Below are positions 9,914 to 18,794 of a stretch of DNA of 64,000 nucleotides, piece by piece. The translations under genes and the position numbers were made by a program. The stretch's first letter is position 1. Every line of letters begins with the position of its first letter. Where the stretch lies: contig JBHLLP010000003.1 of the NCBI GenBank assembly GCA_048885525.1, positions 74,851 to 138,850 of the forward strand, read 5' to 3'. This stretch comes from Candidatus Hermodarchaeota archaeon (GTDB lineage Archaea > Asgardarchaeota > Lokiarchaeia > Sigyniarchaeales > SOKP01). The notes beneath the pieces were generated by a model. That model saw nothing but the letters and a program-made list of their open reading frames with translations. It was not told where the DNA came from and did no database searches.

Positions 9914-10111
9914 TTGATATTAGATATGACAAAATACCTTCAAAAATGTAGTAATTGTAATAAATACGGATTACAAAATCCTGAATCAAAGTGCCGTTAT
10001 TGCGGAGGTCAGCTAATTAATCCGAGACCTCCAAAATATTCTCCAATAGATAAATATGGAAAATATCGACTAAAATATTTTAAAGAAAATTTCGATAAGA
10101 AGTTTAAATAA
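9914..10111 (+). CDS. nop10: H/ACA RNP protein Nop10
   Basis: CSNC...CRYCGG...PRPPKYSPIDKYGKYR; canonical position after aIF2alpha. Probable ATG at 9926. Confidence 0.9.
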   Translation: MILDMTKYLQKCSNCNKYGLQNPESKCRYCGGQLINPRPPKYSPIDKYGKYRLKYFKENFDKKFK

Positions 10112-10113
10112 AA

Positions 10114-10782
10114 TTAACTAATTTCTATTTCTTCAGCAAATTTTTCATATATAAGGATTTTTGCGTTTTTTTCGGGCAAATTTGCAATGTCGTCTTCTTC
10201 AAATGGTCCATAATTTATAAGATCAATACCAACTAATGGAGGCGCTCCTTTTAAAAATCTTACGAGAACAAATTTAATTTTTTCTTTATCAGATGTAATC
10301 TTTGAATCCCCAATAATTAATTCTACTTCATTTTTCGATTTTGATTCTTCTAAAACAGGGCTTTTGGGTTCTAATACAGATTCAATAAGATCTTCAAATT
10401 TGGATTCCCCTTCTTCTCCATAAAGTGAAATTGCTTTCACTTTGTTATAGCCTTTTATAGAGCTTATTAAGTTCTGATATAATAACTTTTCTGCTTCAAT
10501 AACATTATTCAAATTTATTTCCCCCATTAATAAAGCAGAATTTATTATTTTTATTTCCCGAATCTTTAAAAAATCTTTAAATAGAAAGGTAATATTTTCC
10601 TTGTAAGTGTTTAGTATATGATTTTTTAGATCATCTCTATTTTCTAATTTATATTCATTAATAAAATTCAAAATTCTTTTATAATATTTAAAAAGTTCTT
10701 CTTTTAATTCGGTTAAATCTGTTTGTTGGAACTCTTCAAGCCAATGCTGATAAAGTTTCTCATAATCTTTCTGCAAATCCAT
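10114..10782 (-). CDS. DNA replication GINS complex subunit (GINS51/Gins15 type)
   Basis: Helical A domain (IREIKII...EAEKLLYQ) followed by B domain VRFLKGAPPLVGIDLINYGPFEEDDIANLPEKNAKIL; downstream of priS. Confidence 0.88.
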   Translation of the reverse strand: MDLQKDYEKLYQHWLEEFQQTDLTELKEELFKYYKRILNFINEYKLENRDDLKNHILNTYKENITFLFKDFLKIREIKIINSALLMGEINLNNVIEAEKLLYQNLISSIKGYNKVKAISLYGEEGESKFEDLIESVLEPKSPVLEESKSKNEVELIIGDSKITSDKEKIKFVLVRFLKGAPPLVGIDLINYGPFEEDDIANLPEKNAKILIYEKFAEEIEIS

Positions 10783-10847
10783 AAATATCGAATTTTTAGT
10801 AGAAGGTTTATATTATAAACAGTGATTTTAAGTTTAAATTTTTTAAC

Positions 10848-12137
10848 TTATTTAGTTTTTGCTACACTTCTGCATAGCAGAAAAACAGCAATATGATGCG
10901 GGACCTCAACTATTTCTCCTTGTTTGTAAGGTCCATATGAAACACCCTTAATTTTTGTTAACGGCACTTCACGTTCGATTATTTCTATCTTTTGAGTAAA
11001 AGCCTTATCACTTTGAAATACTATTGGATCTAATTTATCAATTGATTCGTCTAAAGGATTAAACATATCAAGATCATCATAATATATTTCTTGAGCTTTA
11101 AATCCGGTTTTCCCGTGCAAAGAGCCAGGATATCGAATTAATCGATGTATATCAATAGTAACAGGAATATCTACTTTGATTCCTATTTCTGCAACCATAG
11201 CTGATAAGAATTTGTGCCAAGCATTTAAACTAAAACCTACTAGTGTCCAATTATTATTAAAATCACCCTTGATAATATTGCGAAAATTTTCTTTAAAGTT
11301 TATAAAATTCTCGATAATGTTTTGGCTTAAATTGAAGGTTTTTTTATCTGATAGTATAGTTTCTATTTCGATATTTGGTTTTATTAATAATTTTTCAATT
11401 TCTTTAATTAATTTTTGAGACCATCCTATTGTATCTTTAGATAGCCCAAAGATATTTCCTCCTTTTTCTTGTAAACCTAAAATTTCAAATGAAATATTCT
11501 CTCCAGTGATATAATCAATAATTTCCCTACGTTCATCACTAGATAAAGTTCTAATTTTTTCATCTTCGATTTTCAAATGATACCCTCGGTGTCCTGAAAA
11601 CGCTATTTTCATTTTTTCACGGCTAATATTAAAATCTTGATCCAAAAACTCATCAATTAATCTAATTATTTCAATTTTAGCAGTATTCAAACAATTTTCA
11701 CAAATCCAATTTAATTTTTTTAACTTTAATTTACCGCATTTAGGACATTTATCTATCATACCTTTTCCATTTTCTCCACACTCCTTACAATACCAGATAT
11801 CATGATCTTCTTTACATGGAGTGTAGAAGTGATCAACGTCGATATCAATAATCAAATCACAGCCAAGATAATCTTTTCCTTGCATATCCTGATATTCGGG
11901 TTGTAGGTAGAGTGCGCCACTAACATAAGCGTGTTTTGGAGGATTACTTATGAAATATTTTTTCAAATTCATCGGAGAGTTAAATCCAATATGCCTATTC
12001 ATTATTTTTTTCTCCCAAGGAATAAACCCAAATTCTCTTTGTTCAAAAAGATTAACTATTGGAATTTCAGATTGATTTTCTTTATAGTAAGCTTGAAAAA
12101 GTCTTTTCAAATATTTCTCGTTAGTCATTTTTTTCAT
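10848..12137 (-). CDS. priS: DNA primase catalytic small subunit
   Basis: QREFGF, DLIIDIDVDH, FSGHRGYH, VTIDIHRLIRYPGSLHGKTG; Cys-rich Zn insertion. Confidence 0.95.
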   Translation of the reverse strand: MKKMTNEKYLKRLFQAYYKENQSEIPIVNLFEQREFGFIPWEKKIMNRHIGFNSPMNLKKYFISNPPKHAYVSGALYLQPEYQDMQGKDYLGCDLIIDIDVDHFYTPCKEDHDIWYCKECGENGKGMIDKCPKCGKLKLKKLNWICENCLNTAKIEIIRLIDEFLDQDFNISREKMKIAFSGHRGYHLKIEDEKIRTLSSDERREIIDYITGENISFEILGLQEKGGNIFGLSKDTIGWSQKLIKEIEKLLIKPNIEIETILSDKKTFNLSQNIIENFINFKENFRNIIKGDFNNNWTLVGFSLNAWHKFLSAMVAEIGIKVDIPVTIDIHRLIRYPGSLHGKTGFKAQEIYYDDLDMFNPLDESIDKLDPIVFQSDKAFTQKIEIIEREVPLTKIKGVSYGPYKQGEIVEVPHHIAVFLLCRSVAKTK

Positions 12138-13307
12138 TCATTTCTTTTCGGAATTTTGTTTTATTGAATGATTTTTGGTTTTAAGATTAATATAAAATAA
12201 GGGGTGAGATATTTGCCTTTGTTCTTGTAATTTTTTAGAAAAATAACCTTCTAAGCATAATTTATCTTTATATTTACTCGCCATGCATAGAGTATATGAT
12301 TTTAAAGATTTGCATGAATATGGAGTATATCCTTTCTTAATTGCATATCTCACTTGATATGCAGTTTTTTCTCGATCAAAATCTGGTAAAGTTGAAAAAA
12401 CATTGATAATTTCTTCTTCAGGATACTCGAGTGCATTTAAAATCCATAATATAAACAACCTTTCTGTATGTATTAAATTCTGGCCTTCTTGCGCTTTTGT
12501 AAGTATTTCCTTTATACAAGGGGGAAAAGATTCTGATATATCTTTCCCTTCCACATATTTGATATCTAATGAATATTCAAATTCTTCTTTCTTGAATTCC
12601 CATATTGCTGTTATAGAATCATGTAAATCCTTAAATTCTTGAACTTCAAATAATTTTTGTTTAAATTTGTTTAAATTTGTAGAATCAACTACGTTTTGAA
12701 TTAATAATTTCATCCTAACGTGTTCTTGTAATAATCTATTTATATTTTCAGGTTTGAGATATATATAACCATTCAATAAGGCATTATTCACTAATCTTCG
12801 ATATTCATCCTTCAAATTAGATGTTAGTTTTAGGTAGTCTATGTAAGAAATCTTAAAATTTGTTTTATACAATTCTTTCTGGTCTTTTACAACAATTTTT
12901 TTGTAAGTAATTTGGTTTTTTTCATAAATTACATCTAACTCTAAATCTCTATAAATGTAGTATAAATTATACTCATTTTCTTTATTTAATTCACTGTAGG
13001 TGGTTTTGGAGTATATATTTGCTACGCGATTTGCAAGAATTTTATTATTCAAAATATAAAGTAAGATTCTTAGTATTAAATAAATAAAAATATTGGACTC
13101 ATCAAAATCGTAATCAGTCACTTTTTCAACGTTATTGAAAGCATCATTGAATAAATTTAAGATTTTGAGTTTAAGATTTTCATTTTTTTCAGATGTCATG
13201 ATTTCATTAATAAAACTGAACGGATCTTCTGAAGCAATACCAGAATAGTACTTTTTTAATGAAGGAAGCCATGGATACCGCTTTAATAAATCATAGATGT
13301 CACTCAT
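12138..13307 (-). CDS. priL: DNA primase large subunit with a C-terminal Fe-S domain
   Basis: FPPCI, NLIHTERL, PDFDREKTAYQV, YTPYSCKSL...C...C...HPL. Its stop abuts the priS start. Confidence 0.92.
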   Translation of the reverse strand: MSDIYDLLKRYPWLPSLKKYYSGIASEDPFSFINEIMTSEKNENLKLKILNLFNDAFNNVEKVTDYDFDESNIFIYLILRILLYILNNKILANRVANIYSKTTYSELNKENEYNLYYIYRDLELDVIYEKNQITYKKIVVKDQKELYKTNFKISYIDYLKLTSNLKDEYRRLVNNALLNGYIYLKPENINRLLQEHVRMKLLIQNVVDSTNLNKFKQKLFEVQEFKDLHDSITAIWEFKKEEFEYSLDIKYVEGKDISESFPPCIKEILTKAQEGQNLIHTERLFILWILNALEYPEEEIINVFSTLPDFDREKTAYQVRYAIKKGYTPYSCKSLKSYTLCMASKYKDKLCLEGYFSKKLQEQRQISHPLFYINLKTKNHSIKQNSEKK

Positions 13308-13737
13308 TACCCAAAATTTCTCTAATATTAAATATAAATAATTAAAGTTTAAAAAACATGATGAGAATAAACTTTAATAGATTAAGAGTAAATTAATTTA
13401 CTGATAATTTTAATAAATCTATTAATAAACTAATAAGTAATAAGTAAAGAGAAATTTTTTTAAACTACCACTAAATAATGAAAAAATTTTCTTTGAAATT
13501 TAATGTTAAATGCATTTTCTGACATTCAATCATATATTTTGAGAAATTTTTGGCTATGATGTTTTAAAGAACTTATATCTTGTTGAAAAATATTGACAAT
13601 AGGAATTAATTAGTTTTTGAATGAATATAATTTCATATGATACATCTAATTACTTCCTCTTCGATTGTTTTCTAATTTTTAACCGCAATTCGGATAAAAA
13701 ATGTCCCTCCCTGCCTAGATAATTTTTTAAACTCAGG

Positions 13738-14340
13738 ATGAATACTATGATTATGCGCAAGCCACCAATTACTGCATTCAAAAAAGATTTGTCACCAGAA
13801 CAACGTGAAGAACTACTCAGAGCATTGAAAGCCCGTTTTGAGAAAAATATGAACCGCCATAAAGGTCTTGAATGGGTTAAAGTACAAGTAAAACTGGAAG
13901 CTTTTACTGAAAAACTGTGGTCACTCAATGAAATGGAAAGAACTGGCGGTGAACCGGATGTTGTTGGTCATGATAAAAAGACGGGTGAATACATTTTTTA
14001 TGATTGTTCAGCGGAAAGTCCTAAAGGCCGCAGAAATGTTTGTTACGACCGTGAAGGGCAGGAGGCGAGGGAAAAGAAAGGGGTGCATCCAGAAGGTAAC
14101 GCTATTGATATGGCAGCTACCATGGGCATTGAACTTTTAACAGAAGAACAATATCGAGAGTTGCAGAAACTTGGAAATTTCGATACGAAGACGTCGAGTT
14201 GGGTGAAAACACCTTCTAATATTAGAAAACTTGGTGGTGCCATCTTTTGTGATCGCCGCTACGACCATGTCTTCGTGTATCATAATAGTGCACCCTCTTT
14301 CTATGGCGTTAGGGGGTTCCGTGGCTCGCTAAGGGTCTAA
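13738..14340 (+). CDS. DUF4256 family protein (bacterial type)
   Basis: LKARFEKNMNRHKGLEW, EMERTGGEPDVV, DCSAESPKGRR, FDTKTSSW, GGAIFCDRRY, RGFRGSLRV. Visibly higher GC than the flanks. Confidence 0.85.
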   Translation: MNTMIMRKPPITAFKKDLSPEQREELLRALKARFEKNMNRHKGLEWVKVQVKLEAFTEKLWSLNEMERTGGEPDVVGHDKKTGEYIFYDCSAESPKGRRNVCYDREGQEAREKKGVHPEGNAIDMAATMGIELLTEEQYRELQKLGNFDTKTSSWVKTPSNIRKLGGAIFCDRRYDHVFVYHNSAPSFYGVRGFRGSLRV

Positions 14341-14611
14341 ATTTGTACTTTGAATTTTAAAATTTCTATGATTTTTGCTTTTGTTTTTTACGAGATGCAT
14401 TTTGTGTTTGCACCCATTGTCCTTAAATTATTGATTGGGAAAAAAAAGTTCTATTTAATTTTCATTTAACTCGATTTGGTTTAATTTTAATCGATTCAGA
14501 AGAGAAACATGGAAAAATCGATAGAATTAAAATCTATTTCCCAAAAGTGTTAAAAGGAAAGACCAAATTGTTAGAATCTGATATTTTTTTTATGATTCCA
14601 TCGTAGTTAAA

Positions 14612-15415
14612 TTAAAATTCGTCCATATCTTCATCTTCATCAAATTCTGCTTCTTCAACTCTAGGTGCTAAGAAGTAGCTCAATTCGCCACCTTCAAGAA
14701 GATTAAATATCATTTTTAAGGGGTGATCCGTTTTTAGAGATATTTCTAACTTTTCCGTGATAGAAGCAATTTTTAATATGGCTTTTAAAAAAGTTAATGA
14801 ATATGCTCCACTACTGGTTCCATTAATATCCGTCTCTATTAAGTCATCTTCGCTTAGATTATATTCCATTTCACCAATTTGTCCCGTTGAACTAAATATC
14901 AACCCCTGACCTTCTGTTGAGGTCATGTTAAGGATTTCTGAATATATTTCAGCATCTTTTATTGCTTCAACTAAAAACTCTGGTTCAATTACCCATTTTG
15001 AAGGATATTCGATTTTTAATAAGTTATCCATAGGAATTTCTTCAATGTCGATATCTAATAACGCTAGGCTAAATGTTCTAGTACGTGTCATACCCTCGCG
15101 TTGCATTTTAATTTTTATTTTCTGATCAGCTTCATTAAAATCAATTTCAACGGAGTCATTCGCGGCAGATCTCTTCAAAATTTTATCTAAATCATCTAAA
15201 TTTAATCCAACTTTTGACTCCTTCGCACATTGATATTCATCAAAATTATCCTTTTTAATAGACAATTTTAATAAACAAATTCTACTAGGATCCATCGCTG
15301 AAATTGTAAACTCTTTAGGAGTAACTCGGAATTCCGTTTCATCAATAATACTTGCTAGAGTTTCAACAATTCCTTTCAATATCCGACTATTTTCTAATTT
15401 TAGTTTAAAACTCAT
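14612..15415 (-). CDS. pcn: DNA polymerase sliding clamp PCNA
   Basis: AMDPSRICLL, VGLNLDDLDKILKR, YSLTFL, LSYFLAPRVE. Confidence 0.96.
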   Translation of the reverse strand: MSFKLKLENSRILKGIVETLASIIDETEFRVTPKEFTISAMDPSRICLLKLSIKKDNFDEYQCAKESKVGLNLDDLDKILKRSAANDSVEIDFNEADQKIKIKMQREGMTRTRTFSLALLDIDIEEIPMDNLLKIEYPSKWVIEPEFLVEAIKDAEIYSEILNMTSTEGQGLIFSSTGQIGEMEYNLSEDDLIETDINGTSSGAYSLTFLKAILKIASITEKLEISLKTDHPLKMIFNLLEGGELSYFLAPRVEEAEFDEDEDMDEF

Positions 15416-15594
15416 ATTCTTTCAGCAAAATTATTCAATTATAAATAAGATAATATTATGTAATTCACATTATTAATAATGATTGATATTAGTCTTTTAA
15501 TAATATCAACTTTAGGTATTAAATTAATTATTTATACTTATCCTAAATTTTTCAATTTGAACTAAATAAAAAAATGATTCATATTTAAAAAAAA

Positions 15595-15915
15595 ATGTCA
15601 ATTCAGCACGCAAAACAAAGAATAGTCAAAGATATTACAATTAATGATGAACGAATCCAAGTTACTGGGTTCATTAAAACTAGAGTTAATGAAAGTCAAA
15701 TAATTCTAAATGATGAAACTGGGGAAATAAAAGTTAACATCTTAAGGATTGAGAATTTTGATTTTAAGGAGAATGATTTAATTAATGTTATTGGAGATCT
15801 AGAACTTCAATCTACAGGAGAAAAACTGATTAACGCAGATATAATTCAAGATATGAATAAATTGAATTTTAAATACTATCAAAAATTGTATCAGCTTAAA
15901 AAGGACCTTGATTAA
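15595..15915 (+). CDS. Single OB-fold protein, RPA14/Rpa3-like small replication protein A subunit
   Basis: IQVTG...ILNDETGEIKV...INVIG...ADIIQ OB pattern plus C-terminal helix LNFKYYQKLYQL; divergent from PCNA. Confidence 0.65.
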   Translation: MSIQHAKQRIVKDITINDERIQVTGFIKTRVNESQIILNDETGEIKVNILRIENFDFKENDLINVIGDLELQSTGEKLINADIIQDMNKLNFKYYQKLYQLKKDLD

Positions 15916-15938
15916 GATATAAATTTTTAAAGGTTGGT

Positions 15939-16299
15939 TTATCGATCTAAAAATTTTTGTATTTCAAGGGTGTACCCATTAGGATCTTTTAAGAAAAAAT
16001 GATAAATGTTGAATTTATGATTCATTTTAGGTTTATCTTTAATTTCTAGCCCTAATTTGATAAATTTATTATAAGTTTCATCTACATTATCCGCTATGAA
16101 AGTGATTATTGGACTTTTCTCTTTATAGATCAAATCCATATGCTCACAAAAAACCAATTTTACTTTGTTTATTAACATCGAATATCAAAAAAATAACTTG
16201 GTCTTTATACAAGGTTAAGCCTATGATATTTTGATAAAAATTAGCTGTTTTTTCATGATCTTTAGTTCCCAAAAAAGTGATAAGTTGCTTAAATTTCAT
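15939..16299 (-). pseudogene. VOC/glyoxalase-bleomycin resistance family gene with a one-base frameshift
   Basis: ATG at 16299 gives MKFKQLITFLGTKDHEKTANFYQNIIGL...SKIGFL* . The rest (CEHMD...HFFLKDPNGYTLEIQKF) is in another frame. The shift falls in a T6 run (plus-strand A6 at 16148-16153). Confidence 0.75.
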
Positions 16300-16461
16300 A
16301 AAACTCATTCTTTAAAAATTGGTTATTGGATATAGCTAAAATTTTCAAACGATTTCACATTCATATAAAAATTTTATATAGTTTTATAATTAGGATAAAA
16401 TTTTTTAAAGTTTAATATTTTTAAAAGTTAATTTTTTCAAATTTATTGGTTAATAATCAAT

Positions 16462-16797
16462 ATGGTGGAATTTTGTCCTAAATGTTCAAATCTTTTACGT
16501 AAAAGAAGAATAGATGACAAATTATTTTTAATATGTAAATGTGGTTATCAAAAGGAGTCATTAACAGATAATTACATAATAGAAAATCGTATCCAAGAGA
16601 AGAAGGACGAATTAGAAAAGAATTTACTAATTATTTCGGAAGAAGATAAAATTATGGTACATCCTATAACAAAAAAAAATTGTCCTAAGTGTAATAACAA
16701 AGAAGCTGAAACCTGGCAAATCCAAATAAGAAGTTCTGATGAACCAAGCACTCACTTCTTTAAATGTATTAAATGTAAACATACATGGCGTGAATAA
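16462..16797 (+). CDS. tfs: Transcription factor S (TFS/RpoM)
   Basis: FCPKCSN...CKCGY and CPKC...QIRSSDEPSTHFFKCIKCKHTWRE, with the acidic DE pair intact. Confidence 0.92.
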   Translation: MVEFCPKCSNLLRKRRIDDKLFLICKCGYQKESLTDNYIIENRIQEKKDELEKNLLIISEEDKIMVHPITKKNCPKCNNKEAETWQIQIRSSDEPSTHFFKCIKCKHTWRE

Positions 16798-16934
16798 TTT
16801 CTCATTTTATTAGGAACCAAATGTCCATTTAAATATATTAATAACTCTCATTTTAGAAAAAGATTAAAAATTTTATTAATTCTGGGATATAACATCAAAT
16901 TATTCTAATTTACTCTAATTTTCTACAGAATTGT

Positions 16935-18068
16935 ATGAAACGTTTAAAAAGCCTCGATACGTTTCGAGGATTAGCAATGTTATATATGTTAGTAGGGCAC
17001 TTGATTACATGGTGGCCAGTTCCTGAAATAAAAGTTATTATGATGAGTTTTTATATTTCCATTCTTTCTCCATTAGGTGCCGCAGGATTTACTTTCACAT
17101 CCGGAATAAGTACTTTTATATCTTATAGAAATCGGCTTATAAAAGTAGAAAAACTTGATAATTATAACCTTTCTCAAGTAAAATATGAATACTTATTTAG
17201 AGCATTGTTTATAATAATTCTTGGTTTAATTTATAATATATTTGTGGCAATATTATACATGGATCCCTTACAAATTTGGGCGTGGTTCATATTATTAACT
17301 TTAGGAGTATGTCTATTAATATCATGGCCATTATTAAAGACATCAAAAATATTTAGATTAGTCCTTGGAGCGTTAATTTGGATATTTAATCAGATATTTT
17401 TAATTTTATTAACTCCATTTGAAGGGCAATTCAACTTATTCGGTTTTTTATATCATGGTTTATATCATCCTATAGACCAAAACATTATTTTGTCATTTTT
17501 ACCATTTTTTTTAGTTGGAACAGTTATAGGTGACATAATCTATGACCTTTCTCTCATTGATAATGATTTAGAAAAGAGGAAATCTGTAAAAACTAAGCTT
17601 TTATATCCCTTTATGTTAATAGGCACCATTTTAATTGTGATTGGGTTTTACTTTTTGTATCCTTCTTTATTTACAGAAAAAGTTTTATCAATAAAATCAA
17701 ATATATGGTGGTTAATGTATTCTTTAGGGATTGAAGTAATCTTAGTTTCTGTGTTCATTACTGTTGAAACTTATGAAATTTTTAAACCAGAAAAAAGTTA
17801 TAGATTTTTATATTATTTTTCTTACTATTCTCTAACTGTTTTTTTATTACAGAATATTAATTACTTCTTTTTTTATCAATCCTTATATTTTTATAATATT
17901 TGGTTTTATATTCTAATAACAGTTATAATCTATGGGCTTTTTTTGAGGTTTGCTTATAATAAATGGGGACTAAAATTTTCTTTGAAGATACAGATCGGGA
18001 GGTTGGCCTCTGGAGCAACCGAAAAGGTTATGAATAGATCTAGGAAAAATTTGAGTAAAATATCTTAA
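16935..18068 (+). CDS. DUF1624 / heparan-alpha-glucosaminide N-acetyltransferase-like membrane protein
   Basis: RLKSLDTFRGLAMLYMLVGH N-terminus, FTFTSGIS, many TM helices. Confidence 0.8.
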   Translation: MKRLKSLDTFRGLAMLYMLVGHLITWWPVPEIKVIMMSFYISILSPLGAAGFTFTSGISTFISYRNRLIKVEKLDNYNLSQVKYEYLFRALFIIILGLIYNIFVAILYMDPLQIWAWFILLTLGVCLLISWPLLKTSKIFRLVLGALIWIFNQIFLILLTPFEGQFNLFGFLYHGLYHPIDQNIILSFLPFFLVGTVIGDIIYDLSLIDNDLEKRKSVKTKLLYPFMLIGTILIVIGFYFLYPSLFTEKVLSIKSNIWWLMYSLGIEVILVSVFITVETYEIFKPEKSYRFLYYFSYYSLTVFLLQNINYFFFYQSLYFYNIWFYILITVIIYGLFLRFAYNKWGLKFSLKIQIGRLASGATEKVMNRSRKNLSKIS

Positions 18069-18133
18069 TTCAGATTAAATAATTGTATTTTATATGCCTT
18101 TCTATTTTAAAATTTAGAGAATAAATAATCTCT

Positions 18134-18337
18134 TTAAGAAAGAACTTCTAGAATCTTAGTAAGAATTCTTGCTTTACCACCTGTAGATTGAAGTAAAGTT
18201 TTCCCACACACTAAGCATTCTACATCTGTGGCAGAACAACCAAATATGATTTGTTGATTTCCACAGTTTAAACATTTAACGCGTAAAAACCTGCTTTTTG
18301 GTTGTGGAATAAGTTCTTTCTCTTTTTTATTAGTCAT
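18134..18337 (-). CDS. rps27e: 30S ribosomal protein S27e
   Basis: [20 protein letters not shown]...CLVCG..L..STGGKA. Confidence 0.96.
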   Translation of the reverse strand: MTNKKEKELIPQPKSRFLRVKCLNCGNQQIIFGCSATDVECLVCGKTLLQSTGGKARILTKILEVLS

Positions 18338-18351
18338 AAGTATTCACATTT

Positions 18352-18633
18352 TTATACTTCAGTTAATTCAAGGCGCTTAACGCGATATGATTTAGCATAT
18401 TGTTTTTTACCGCATTCAGTACATTCTAATAATGGAGTTGATTTCCTATTTAATTTTGCATTTTTATGGAAAATCTCCTTAGGAAATGAGCCGTATCCCG
18501 CCTTTTTCCTTTCTAATCTTCTCCTTCCATGATTGAGCATTCTTTCCTTCCCTTTTTTATAAAGCGAGACACTTTGCCTCGTATGTGATCTACAAGATGG
18601 ACAATAACGGTTGACTGTTTTAGGGTACTTCAT
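18352..18633 (-). CDS. rpl44e: 50S ribosomal protein L44e (eL42)
   Basis: MKYPKTVNRYCPSCRSHT...GRRR..RKKAGYG...ECTECGK; upstream of S27e. Confidence 0.95.
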   Translation of the reverse strand: MKYPKTVNRYCPSCRSHTRQSVSLYKKGKERMLNHGRRRLERKKAGYGSFPKEIFHKNAKLNRKSTPLLECTECGKKQYAKSYRVKRLELTEV

Positions 18634-18741
18634 TTATCAGTAATCAACAATTTTAAGTATATTTTTAGTAATTATTTATAAATTTTAAATTTTATTAGTT
18701 CAGATGGTTCTTTTTGTATAGCCATGGTGTAATAAAAAATA

Positions 18742-18771
18742 ATTTAAATCTTATTTACATAATGTTAATAA
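18742..18771 (+). promoter_or_regulatory. Candidate pyrB TATA box (ATTTAAAT) followed by an imperfect 21-bp inverted repeat
   Basis: TTATTTACAT-A-ATGTTAATAA at 18751-18771 (one mismatch), between the TATA-like element and the pyrB ATG. Chance occurrence in AT-rich DNA is possible. Confidence 0.3.
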
Positions 18772-18794
18772 AAACATAATGAATGAGGTTTTAA

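Noticed and set aside
13621-13722. 33-codon ATG ORF in frame with and upstream of DUF4256
   Set aside because: Short, ends in TAA, has no recognisable motif, and DUF4256 appears complete without it.
16140-16200. In-frame TGA in the VOC gene as a possible selenocysteine codon (Lokiarchaeia use Sec)
   Set aside because: The downstream VOC sequence is in a different frame, so read-through would not restore the protein; a one-base frameshift explains it.
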